Shown here: piece by piece, positions 37,261-49,109 of the stretch | How the letters are laid out: each line of letters begins with the position of its first letter | Numbering within the stretch: position 1 is the stretch's first letter | NCBI GenBank assembly: GCA_010093705.1 | Contig: MU006096.1 | Coordinates: forward strand, 1,200,004-1,264,003 | DNA from: Patellaria atrata CBS 101060 | Taxonomy: Eukaryota | Direction of reading: 5' to 3' | DNA length: 64,000 nucleotides | Notes under the pieces: generated by a model | Databases searched by the model: none | What the model saw: the letters and a program-made list of their open reading frames with translations, nothing else | What the model was told of the DNA's origin: nothing | Position numbers and translations under genes: made by a program

Positions 37261-39296
37261 ATGTCGTCGATCACGCATGCATCTAAACGCCATCAACCCC
37301 AGACTCAAGCGCAGACCTCAAATTTACCTCCAGCTCAACCGACATACATCTTGCGTGGTCACAACGCCCAGATCCATAGCTTGACATTTCTCAGACGCAA
37401 CAGCCGCTTACTCACCGGAGACGCAGACGGCTGGGTTGTCCTTTGGGGTGTCGCTTCGAAGAGACCTGTTGCTGTATGGCGCGCTCATGAAGGATCCATC
37501 CTAGGAATCGCAGAATGGAGTAAAGATCAGATTATCACGTAGGTTCTGTTTTCCAATTTCCTAAAAGAACATCACGTCTAGTGCTTTATAAACGGTTATT
37601 TCACAACCGTTTCCGCTATCATCATTTACCTTTCATTCTTGATACTATCATCCGTGAGGTGAGAAACAGTATTCTGAGGAGTTATATCCCCTTGTATGAA
37701 GAAGTAAGTAGATACTAAATCTGCTATAGACATGGGCGCGACACTACCCTCAAAGTTTGGCAGTTAAAGCCTTCCGAGGAAGACACATTCTCAAAGGTGC
37801 TTCCTGTAGATGACACAGCACATCGAAAGCAGCCGTGGCTCTTGCACTCGCTAAGAGTAAATACATTGAATTTCTGCTCCTTTTCGATATGCTCAGCCCC
37901 TTCATTAATAATTCAATCGCTCTCAGGGTATGAGCGATCGGCCGAGCAAACCGAATCATTGAATGATTCTGCTCTGATTGCAGTCCCTGGCGCGATCGAG
38001 TCAAATGTAGATATATTTCACCTTCCATCGGAAAAATTGCTGTCTATAGTGAAGCGACCGGAGTATGGATCCCACGCAGACAAGACTCAAATAGGTAAGT
38101 AAGCAATCACATATGTTCTCACCACTCAATTCACGGCCCATATTCTTGTTTCATCATAATCGAACTGTTTCCTTGATACGCTGGTATTCTCTCAAGATGC
38201 TTCCCAAGTATTAGAGATGATTCTCTATGCGCTGAGCTAGAAGGAGAATGTCACTCCGCGCAAATATCGCCCAGATATCCCACAAATAACTCGATTTCCA
38301 TATCCAGTTATTTTCTGGAACCCTTCGTCCCGTTTGTCTATTATCCCGGCGTCCAATCCTCATCCCATGCTTTCCTATTCACATCCCTCTCAAAGTTCAT
38401 CGCATCTCCCTTTCCTTCTATTCCGACGATCATCTCTCTCCCTATCGAGTCTTTTTCCAATACTCCTCACCTTCCACTCTACCCCAATACCCGCAATAAT
38501 CCCACCTCCACTCCATCAGCACCTTACCTCCCCTCCCACCTCTTCACCCCACCCAAACTAAGAAACAACAGACACCCTAATGTCCCTGCACCTGCAGCAC
38601 CTCCAATCAACCCTCCTCCTCCTCACCGCCCACGAATCCGGCACAACAACCCTGCACCTCTTCTCTGCCTCCCACGACTGGACACCCCTCTACATCTCAA
38701 CCCCGCACACGCAACCTATCCTGTCCCTCTGCCCGCACCCCTCCTACTCCGTCTACTACACCTCCGCCGCTGATGACATCATCGCCGTCCATTCCATCCC
38801 ACATGATCTCGCACACACTCAAACCCCCAGAGTATTGAAAACGAAACACCACGGCCAACAATCCCTCGTCGTACGCAGCGACGGACGTATCTTCGCTACC
38901 GCCGGCTGGGATGGACGGGTCAGAGTTTATTCTACGAAGACGCTGAAGGAAGTTGCGGTGTTGAAGTGGCATGGCGGGGCCGTGGGTGCTGTGGGGTTTG
39001 CTGAGATCCTCACTCCTGATGACGGGGATGGGAACACAGATGCGGAAGTGGCTGTGCGTGTGGGAGTGGAAGGGAGAGTAGAGGACAGGATCATAGGGGG
39101 CGGTAAGGATGCTCACGGGCCTAGTAGTGTGGGGCACGGGAAAGGCGACGGTCGGGGAAAGGGAGAAGCAAAGGGGGAAATAGAACGGAGGAAACCTCCC
39201 GGCGCGGAAGAGCGCCGAGAACGGAAAGCGCAGGAGACGCATTGGCTCGGGGCCGGGGGAAAGGATGGGAAGGTCTCTTTATGGGAGATTTATTAG
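37261..39296 (+). CDS. ASA1: WD40 protein Asa1 (ASTRA-associated protein 1)
   Basis: PTYILRGH, LLTGDADGWVVLW..KRPVAVWRAH, T|HGRD, VNTLNFCSF, ATAGWDGRVRVYS and HWLGAGGKDGKVSLWEIY. Introns 37540-37729 and 38095-38571. Confidence 0.9.
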
Positions 39297-39720
39297 TTCT
39301 GAAGTGTGTTATATGATCTGATGACCTCTCTTCGGTGAAAATGCCTCGGAAAGGCGTAATGAGATTTGCATGCAAACCCATAACATATAGCCACCCCGCT
39401 CATGACCGCTCAAACCGACTGGAGAAGTTCCAAGCTCAAGAAAACAGGATGGAGGGGGTATATGTAAAGAGCAAACCGTCCACCAGGACCATTCCCGCCA
39501 AATAGAGGGGGCCCAAAGACAAAAGCCCCCAATACCAGTTAAGCAAGATTCGCAAACCCAGCTCTGAGCAAAGAAGAAAAAGGGGACAGTAGAAAGGAAA
39601 ACATGCACAAACGTTCAAACCACTTTTTACTCTCAAACTCACACCACAGTGTCCATGAGAACATATCCAGGCCAACGTGCAGATCTCCTTAGCCGAAAAT
39701 ATCGCTAATGTTAAAAATCT

Positions 39721-41913
39721 CTAAGTCTTCTTCCGCTTCCTCTTCACCGGTGCACCATCATCATCTTGACCCTTCCGCTTCCCGTCAGCATTACCCTCAT
39801 CCTCATCCTCATCTTCATTTTCATCCTCGTCCCGTGTACGCTTCTTGCCTTTACCTCTGCCATTGCCCGCACCCGCACTCGCGCCCGTCGCAGTAGAGGC
39901 AGTAGCAGCCCCGGTAGCCGTATTAGCAGCACGCGGCGCGATACGCCTAGACGCCCTCGTAGCTTAAGCCGGAGCCACAACGATTGGAGTCCCTAAAACC
40001 GGGGCCAGATTAGTCAGAGGAGCAGTTGTACGACGAATAAAATCGGCGAAAGAAGCGAGAACGGATCTAGCTGGTGGATTTGGGGCCGTAGTAACATTCG
40101 TAGCAGTAGAGCCAGAAGGAACGATAGCAGTAGACTCGGCGGCAGCTTCCATAGGAGTGTTCGTGCTGCCTAGGATGGCTGCTGCTATGCGAGGGATTGT
40201 GATGGCGGCTATGGTCTCCGCGGCTGTCATTGTGCGGTCGTTTGCGACATCAGGCCGGGTGATGTTGATACCAGAACCAGTTGGGGGAGCAAAAGTTCCG
40301 GTAGCAGCAACGGAAGTGGTGGTGATGGAATTGGAGGAGCAATCATATGTGCTGCCCTCCCAGGTCCCATTCCAGTTTTAGTGCCAAGAGAACGGCCAGT
40401 GGCGGAAGCAGTCCTATTTGTGAACTGAACCCCTTATCTATTTGCTTGCACGCCAGCAGCACCACTCCGGACGGCTCTACCATATGCGATGATATCAGTC
40501 CGGCGAGTCAGACCATCCCCATTGCCGTCATCGAGAGCACTGACAGCCATGAACACCTCGTCCGCACCATTGTCTATACGCCTAGAACGAGCATCGGTTA
40601 TAATGGCACCGGAAGGGTCATTCGAAGGTCCTTGATGCAAATAAGAATCCGGAGTGACAGTATCAGGGGCTGGGGCCGTGGACTGGTTCAGTGCGAAATT
40701 CAATGGTATCGCTGTATTAGACCCAGTAACATTCGATGGCCGCCTACTTTGATGTGTAGAAGCTCGAGTACAACCCCTAGGACCGTTGTCAGTCGACGTG
40801 GCTCCCGTTGTATCTCTCAAAGCCGGATTTATAGCTGCCAGATCTACCTGTACCCCACATGCGGGATGCTGCGTAGTAAGACGAAGTATACGGGAGAGAT
40901 ATGCATTACGTCCACCGATAGAGGCTGGATCGACGAAATGTTACTGGAACTGGTGACTTACTTGGGCAATAGCTGTGGTATACTCCTCCATGGGGTTTCT
41001 AGAGAGAGGGAGGTTAGCAGGTGCTATGCTTGCCGCTGCTACTTGCACAGATGGAACATACGCCTGTCTTGTGGGTGCTTGACGATCTGAATTCGAGCCC
41101 CTGTTTGTCCCGGCTGATGGTTGAACCCCACCAGTAGGGGCAGCACTTGCTCCTGTACCAGCTGTCAAATCCGATCGAGTAGTATTAGCTTCTCTTAACA
41201 AACGTTGATTGAACGTAGTTGAGAGATTTCTAGCATTAGAGAAAGGACGGGGCAAACTAGATTCCTGAAGGGAGGGACGCACACGAGAGCGACTACCAGC
41301 AGAGCGAAAAGAATTGCGTCCAATACTAGGCGTGAAGGTAGGTGTTTCACCGCTGGAGCGCAATGGACGACCCTCCGTAGAGCGCGAGGGTGGACATGGT
41401 GTGTCGACGGCTTGATCTTCATCGTCCTCCATAGGAGAGTCTAATAATGTAGAAATCAGTTTATCAGTTACTATGGTATGGGTAGTTTGGCGCTCTATTT
41501 GGCACTCTTCATGCTGAGATAGAGCGAGCTCAGATAAATTACATACCCTCATTTGTATACATGGCTGTGGTCGATTCTCCAAGGTTTGGAGTCGACTGGT
41601 CAGCTGCTACACTGCTGGTCAGATTTGAGCTCCCATATAGGCTTCTTACGAGAGATGCAGTACAATTAAGCTTGTAACACTCACCTTGATTGACGGGGCG
41701 TGTTGATAGCCGCAGCTGCGCTATCGTCTATAGTGCCACCCGCCACAGTTTCCTGAGGTGGAACGGAGAAGTCCCGTTCCCCGCGATTGTGTCTGGCTCT
41801 GGCTTCAGCTCCAGCTCTATCCCGTTCTTTCCAGGAGGCGTCCTCGGCAATTTCGCTGGATGCACGATGATGGGTAGGATGAGGTTCGACAAACTTGAAA
41901 TTAGGAGCCACAA
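39721..41913 (-). pseudogene. Broken gene for a low-complexity A/T/S/R-rich protein with an NLS-like C-terminus
   Basis: Coding-like frames continue through in-frame TAA codons at 40941 (possibly intronic), 40434 and 39964. There is an apparent frame change near 40320. The terminal segment reads GKGKKRTRDEDENEDEDE...PVKRKRKKT*. Confidence 0.55.
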
Positions 41914-44699
41914 TTTTGCTGGTTTCAGAGCACAAAGACAGCGAAAACGAGACAGGAGTGCTTGTCTACATCAATCACCGAAGCAAATAGAGAATGAAAA
42001 GTCCTGCATGAGTATCAATTATTGAAGAGAGAATAGTAAGCGGGGATGTAGAAGTTCAGTCCAATGGTTTAGCAAGTGATGGACGTAAACAAAATTTGAT
42101 GGGTTAGGTTAGGGGTCAGTGCCGACGCACATGTCTGAAAAGAATCGAACAACCATCGCCTCTCTTTGCAAAACCACAACACCTTACACATAAGCCATAC
42201 ATAAACATACGCAAACCCACTCAACAATACAAATAACGACTTTCCAAAGGTAAGAGAGAATCTCTCCGTGTAGGGTTCTACGCACCACAGAAAATGTGCC
42301 GTCAACAGGATTCCGGCACTACCTGTCCCTCCGTAAGCCCCAATATCCGGATTCGCTGCATTTGCAACTACCATAAGGAGGAGGTGCTGCTATGGTGCGC
42401 GTGGTACTTCCACAAACCCTTCCACTGTCGAGAATGCTGGTACTGGGTCGCCTAGTCCCATAGTTGCAAATGCGGCAAATCCATCCTGAGAGGGGTGATC
42501 TGGCAAGTAAAGAGCTGGGGCGCTCTGGTACCAGGCGCTTTGGGAATTCTCTTAAGGCTAGAGCTTGTCGGAGGCGTAAATTCAATAACCGGAGTCTCTT
42601 ACCACAACAGCAAGCTTCTGGGTGGAATGGATATGGTCCAGGGCCTGGATCGGTAACCTCAGGTTCCAGGTTTCCCAGACCGAAGATGACAATCTAGACT
42701 TGTTATACGTAAAAAGTAGTCTTCATCCTGAACGCCCTTAACGTATAATCCTGCTAGTGACTTCAAGGGCGGACCCTACCAGAAAGCGTGAGCGAAATAT
42801 GAGATTCCAGTACAGCAGACCGCTTCAGGGTGCAAACACTGATGACATAGAGTTCTTCAGCAAATCTACAGTCAAACTTCAAGTAGATAAACGTCCTGAA
42901 CTTCCTAGATCCAGGAAGATAGCAATCCTCTTAGCGAATGAGCTGGCGCTGAGATCCTCCGGATCATCGGATAGCTCGAGATCACAATGCTCCTTGCAAT
43001 CCGATCTCAAGTCGACTATACGCGTAATAGAAACAAATGGCAACTTCACTGGTGTATAGCGCTCATCAGTCGATCGGATATTCCCGGAAACAATCAAGCA
43101 AATCGACAAGATTTTCCAGTATAGTAGCAAACTGGTGCTAAGAGTGCCCAATCCGCAAGGTCTTTCGACATATTTAAGGTCAGACCCCCTTTAGAAGACC
43201 ATGGCTGAGTCCTGGGAGTACATAGATACCAAGCATCCTGAGAATGATTGAAACCAGCCAATGGTGCTTTTCGATATTTGCAAAAGCAAAAAGTATAAGA
43301 GGTGTAGGTCAAGAAAGCTACTGGCTTGAGCATAAAGGAAATGTTTGAGCAACGGGATGCAAACATGGTAGAAGTAAATGTCGATAATGATCAAGACTGA
43401 TGCACATAATGGAACCATGAGAGGCCAAGAAGAGTTGATATAGGAGATAATTTAACAGGTAGGCAACTGAAAGACAGAGACTGAAATTTTTTCGATGAAT
43501 GCGACTTTAACTCATATCATCCAGCTCAGCTATGGAGAAATCTAGGAATTATATCCTTATACCTACTGCCTTAGTACTCACAAAGAAAGATATCCTACGA
43601 TTTGTTAAACAAAAAGATGGGATGCTAAGACAGAACCGGACATGCTCATGAGGACGGATCGACCCCCAACACTACCCCTACAGAACTCAGGAAGAGAACA
43701 TGAACTTCTGTATGTCTGTGGACGGAAGAGATACATAAAATGGACTCTGGAATGCTTAAAAAAGGGGTTTGTGGTACCAGTCCGAACGTTGAATGTCAAA
43801 AGCTCCGGTAGTGCTCAGAAAGAGAAGAACAATAGGAATTTTGAACAGGAAAGGAATGTCGAGACAGAACATGGAATGCACAAGAGTAGGAAGCGGTTCC
43901 GAATGCTATCCTAGTAACACTCTTGAAGAAAATACAGTTTACAGGGTGTGGTTGAACGGATCAGAATGTAATAATAGACTTTGAAGTGTTCAAGAGGAGG
44001 AAATTCAATATCGATCCCTACGTTGAGCATAGGGAGACACTCTAGTAGTGTGAAGACAATTATAACTCTTAACCAAGCTCATTGAACACTGACATACAGT
44101 TACATAAAACACATTGAAATAGCTCAAAGGGAGATCCCTTTGTATAAATCAAAGGGGCAGGTCCCTAAATTTGTGATCCAACTAACCGAAAGAGAACAGA
44201 GACTGAAGCGGTGCCGAGCCTATGGTTAATTGACTATGATATAGGGAATTTTCAAAATATTAAGATGTAGTGAAACCTACTCTAAAGCTCCCAACGAGTA
44301 TTTATCGAACTCCTGTTGTGGGGGACACACCTGCATCCGAATACGTGTCCCCTAAAGAAGAAGTGATAATTAGGGAAATGGATCAGTCCCTCACTCGGTT
44401 AAGACGTCTGTTCCTTTAGCGTAGCTTAAAATGATACCGTCAGGGGAAACAACTAAATCCCCGGAAAAAGGAGAATGACCAAATAAACGGACCGAAGGAT
44501 TGAGGCACTCTATATTGTCTACTCTGACCGAATTCGTTGGGAGGTTGCTTCCCTAGTGATGGGAAAGCCTGGCATTGATATGGACAAAAGAATTCCCGTC
44601 CATGAGATACTCCAACTGCAATGCGTCTTCGATCCACAGGAAAATCTCAATGGCCGGTCTCCTGATCAACTTCTCTTGCATGTACGGTTAAGACTTCTC

Positions 44700-45821
44700 G
44701 ATTACTATACGCTTGCTATACTTCCCCGATCAACAAAGCTCACACCTAGATTGTAATAGCTGCGCCGGAATATGCATAGTGTATATATGTCACAGCTCAT
44801 GGTCGGTTGTACAATTCGACAAAGTCATTTACAAAAGAGTCATGGAGGCCATTTTTGAAACAAGCGTACGATATCCTGGATGTTCAACGGCAATGGAAGG
44901 ATTCCACCAGCTCAAACGGCCACTCCAGCAGTATCTAGAAACGAAGCATTTGTAAAATGCACCAAGCCGTTGATTGAACACCTGGAGAAGTCCTGAAATG
45001 CGCAAAGAGGACGTAATGGTTCATTTATACCCAGGTCAGACGTACGAGCTACTCCGGTAGCGCTCAAGGGAAAGCCGGTCTGGCTTGTTTCACGAGCGGA
45101 GGAGAAAACCGTTTGAATAGCTGCCGAATCTCCAGATGTTGGATATGTGCGCTTCTCATGCACAACACCGATATAACTTCCAGCGCTTTGTTTCGAAAGA
45201 CATTCAGCGGTTGTTCCAAATATGATGTCACCATCTCAGGTTGAACTTCCACAGACCTGCAAATGCTAAGGTATCGAATGCGGAACGGGGAATCGGCGAG
45301 GAAACGAGCCCAGCTTTCGCGCTCCAGCATCGAATATACTGTTAGGATACTCAACTTCCAACAAACTAGTGACCATCATCATGGTTGTGTAAGAGGGGTG
45401 TCATGCCGTCTGTTTTATAGCCGTTTCCTCCCCTCGTAATGCCAGTAACAGTATATGGCAAGAATTTCATCTGGATCGCAGCTTATATCAATCCCACTTC
45501 GAGTGGTAATCGTGTAATCCATCCGCAAGGGTAAATTGCGAGTTCGGTGCACATCAAAGGTCTGGCTATACTTATAGGACCGATCCGAGCTTCTTCGGGA
45601 GGGAATATAATTCTCTTCAAGCTCTGACAGTGCTCTAAATGCCTCCATAGCTCAGATTCCAGATGCACAGTACCCTCCATTGATCTTGGAGCATTAGAGT
45701 CCCTTAGAGCACCACCCGCTTGTATGTCCAGTGGTAACTCGAAGTCGCCGGCTCGAAAGAGTATGGACGGCGTAGGCGGCCGCTTTTCAGGTCCAGACGT
45801 GTCGCACGTCATAACTAGCAC
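44700..45821 (-). pseudogene. Degenerate coding remnant of unknown family
   Basis: Protein-like fragments PTPSILFRAGD..ELWRHL and RESWARFLADSPFRIRYL continue past several stops and frame changes. No intact model can be built. Confidence 0.3.
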
Positions 45822-46305
45822 TCATCAACGCTCTCAATCTGCAGTTTCCTGCTTCGGGGCACGTTAGACCTAGTTCAGAAGCAAAGTCTCTTCAGCCAGT
45901 AGGGAAAAATTGGGATGGTGCTTTCGTGGTGAGTGCCTGGGGTATGGACAGTACTGCGGGAGTCTAAAATGGGTTTCGGATGGATTCTACTGAGCTCTAC
46001 AACATCCGAGGAGCAGTAAAGAGATTGTAGAAATGTTGTATAACTGTATTGTGTGAAGATAGAGAGGGAAAACAAGAGTTGTTGGTGGTGAAGCGTTGGG
46101 GCCCTCTGAGCAGCACTGGAATTTCGGGCCCTGCTGGCAGTCAAACATTGGCTTTTTACACACAAAACCTACCACCAAGCGAGCTAGGAACCAAATCCCG
46201 GTAAGGTACCGCACCATCACCCATCAGCAACAATAAACGAGCATACCAATCCCTTATCAGCAATGGCCCCTCTCGGTACCACCACCCCCAAGCGGCCGCT
46301 CATGA

Positions 46306-47130
46306 GCCCAAGCTGCCCTCTACACCTGCAGCTCCCCATCTCCGCAACACCACAGCAAACTTCCAGATAACGAATTCAATAACCGATTCTTCGCCCTTCC
46401 CCGCGAGTTGCGCGACAGGATCTATCAATTCCTCGTCGTCCAACCCGAGACCATCGTCCCCTTCTCTGTCCACCACCAACCCATAAAAGTCCAAGCAATT
46501 GAGAGCAAAAACAACGAAGGGAAAGACACCCCACCGACCTCGCAGCCCGCCGTCACGCGCGTGAACCGCCGCCAACTGCGCCGAGAAGCCCTCCAGATCT
46601 ACTATAAAGAGAACTCGTTCCACCTTGACATCTCAAACTTCGCACCCCTCCGCACCTTCCACAAATGGCGTATAACTATACGACCGGAGCACCTTGTCAA
46701 CCTCCGCTATATAAGCGTGCCACTTTGCATTGTGCGGCCTTTCAACTCATTTGAGTTCGAGAGACTCGACAATGTACAGCATTCGGTGCAGTTGGTACGA
46801 AACCGAACAGCTTTTCTCGTACGTGGGCGTTTTCATCAGACGGCGCTGGGTCAGAATCAGCTTGCGGACTACTTCGAGGCGGCGGATGCCTTGAGTTTGA
46901 AGCGTCTGCATGACGGCAAGCTGACGGGCATCGATCTAATGAACTTCATCATCCAGCTGTTTTGGAGTCCGCTCGGCTGCACCACTGGACCGGTACAGAT
47001 GCCGGAGCTGATGGAGGTGTTCAATACGCAGGAGGTGGGGGAACTTATACCAGCAGCTTTTCCGTTATGCTTCGAATATATAGTAGACGGAAGCGGAACT
47101 CGGTGTTCTAGCGTCATCCGGCGTATTTGA
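46306..47130 (+). pseudogene. ORF with an F-box-like/2EXR-type N-terminal motif but no in-frame upstream ATG
   Basis: RFFALPRELRDRIY and PAVTRVNRRQLRREALQIYYKENSF motifs. An in-frame TGA lies at 46303-46305, and the nearby ATG 46263 is in another frame. Confidence 0.55.
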
Positions 47131-47843
47131 ATCGACGGAACGGATGCGGGTACTGATGGCGAACACAGGTCGAAGGTGGTGATGAATATCGCCGCCGGTT
47201 GCTGGGCTGCATTTGGAGACATCATATACAGCAGTGGAGATCAATTGGGCGTGGAATCATTAGCATAGGATGACGAATTACGATTTTATGATTTACGAGA
47301 ACTGGTTTTACGAGATTACGAAAATGGGAGGATCCTCGTTGGGATTGTACTGTGTAATAGATTATTAGGTTCAGAATATGGTAAAAACATTGCTTCAGGC
47401 TGTATAAAACTCCATAGTTTCGCTGATACTATCAAAACAACAAACTGGTATCATAGTAAAAGATTGCAAAAATGACATGATCTTCTTCCCATCCAAGACC
47501 AAACACCCAAAACGAATTCGTTTCTTTCCCTGCTATGCCGTTCTGTGATACCTATCTTACGACCTATCTCAAGACTCCTGGTACAGAAATTGGATCGCTA
47601 AAAACTGCAACAGAAGGACCCAAACGCCTGAACTAAACCAACAGAGCGAACTATCCTAAATCAACAGACCAATTCATTGACCGTTGCCCTGGTACGGTTC
47701 GTGGTAGCTCCAGATGTACGGACTCTCCATGAGCTGCTCCTCGGGGGGGGAAAAGAGCAACAGCTCAGATATTGATCCAGATATACGCTTAGTATGATTA
47801 TTTCGCGAACTTAGTGGTTCCAACCAATGGATTCTTCTAGCTC

Positions 47844-49109
47844 CTATGGTCTGGGAGGTGGTCGCCAGCGAGCTGTATATACGTTCTCAGCTAAGTCATC
47901 CACAAATGAAGTCATATGCTTCCCCTGATAATAAGCAGCGGCGTTGCTAATTTGTCTTAAATCTCGTCCATAGTCGCGAGACCGCTTTTTGAGTATCACT
48001 ATAGCTGGACTGTTGCCAACCTGCAAGGAACGGACCTCGATACTGTTCAAGGTTCGAAGGCTGTTCGAGCGTTGAAATACGGATTTCCACGAGCCCGATA
48101 CCAGGTCTACGTTCTCCAGGCGTAGATGTTTTACCGAGGGTGTAAATTCGGTCAGGAAGGTTACGAGGTCGTCTTCTGTGGTGTTCAAGTATGACAAATC
48201 CAAATCGGTGACTGAGTCCAAGATCTGGCCATCTTCGACGAGGTCTGTGAAGGATTTGAGAATCGGATAGCATGTAGAAGCAAATGCTTTAGAGGGGAAA
48301 TTGATCTTTAATGATGTGAGTTTGGGAACAGAGGACAATAATGTTGACAAAAGCGTATAATCAAAATCACGTCTGGTGGACCATAGATCGAGTCCCTCAA
48401 CCAAATTCAGGACTTTCAACTCGTTAAGAAACGGGCGAAGAGATTCAATGTTGCTTATTGGGAGGTAAAATCCGTCCGCGTAATTGAAATGACAGAACAC
48501 TTTCATGTCCATAACGAGCTGGATATCCCGTATACTCTTTAACGCATTCCGTGCAGCTAGTAGAGGAAGGGCGAAACTCTCGTACGGTCGTATGATGATT
48601 TCCAGGGCCTCTAGGATGTAATCTGGATGGAATCCAACTTCACGAAAGATTTGATTTGCGCCAAAACTACGCTTTGGGTTGTAGCCCCTGTTTTGAGCTT
48701 TGACGCCGGCGGTGTGGCAGTTATCGAAAGCATTTAAAGCTTTTGTTAGTAAACGAGTATCATCTCCTGATGAAACCAGCGAGTTTTGTTCATTCACAAG
48801 ACGTTTGCAATTGCTTTCCTCGACACTCTCCATGAGCATCTCCCCTAGTTTCTGGTCGTAGATCCATTCTGTCCCGATGTATAGCTCCCGAACGTATGGG
48901 GCAAGTCGAGATTGTGATATCTGAACAAGACTTTCTAGACTGTATCTTGATATCATGTGTTGACGAATTTTGAAGTATTTTTGACCAAAGATATATATGG
49001 ATGCATCAGCGATGGACTTATTCGCTAGACGCAAGTTTGAGAAAGCGTCGAGGGGGAGAAAGGAGGTGACTCGCTCTAAGAGCTCAACAGGCAAAGATGA
49101 GAGAGACAT
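47844..49109 (-). CDS. F-box protein with a leucine-rich C-terminal region
   Basis: Intronless 421-aa ORF beginning LSSLPVELLERVTSFL..FSNLRLANK, with LxxLxL repeats downstream. Confidence 0.85.
   Translation of the reverse strand: MSLSSLPVELLERVTSFLPLDAFSNLRLANKSIADASIYIFGQKYFKIRQHMISRYSLESLVQISQSRLAPYVRELYIGTEWIYDQKLGEMLMESVEESNCKRLVNEQNSLVSSGDDTRLLTKALNAFDNCHTAGVKAQNRGYNPKRSFGANQIFREVGFHPDYILEALEIIIRPYESFALPLLAARNALKSIRDIQLVMDMKVFCHFNYADGFYLPISNIESLRPFLNELKVLNLVEGLDLWSTRRDFDYTLLSTLLSSVPKLTSLKINFPSKAFASTCYPILKSFTDLVEDGQILDSVTDLDLSYLNTTEDDLVTFLTEFTPSVKHLRLENVDLVSGSWKSVFQRSNSLRTLNSIEVRSLQVGNSPAIVILKKRSRDYGRDLRQISNAAAYYQGKHMTSFVDDLAENVYTARWRPPPRP

Noticed and set aside
42069..43420. Fragmentary minus-strand ORFs with Cys pairs (CRIC, CKC), considered as a gag zinc knuckle
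   Set aside because: No CX2CX4HX4C motif and no pol domains. All three frames carry stops and none can be preferred.
44200..44270. LWLIDYD, resembling a kinase DFG-region strand
   Set aside because: An isolated match surrounded by stops, with no catalytic-loop motif in frame.
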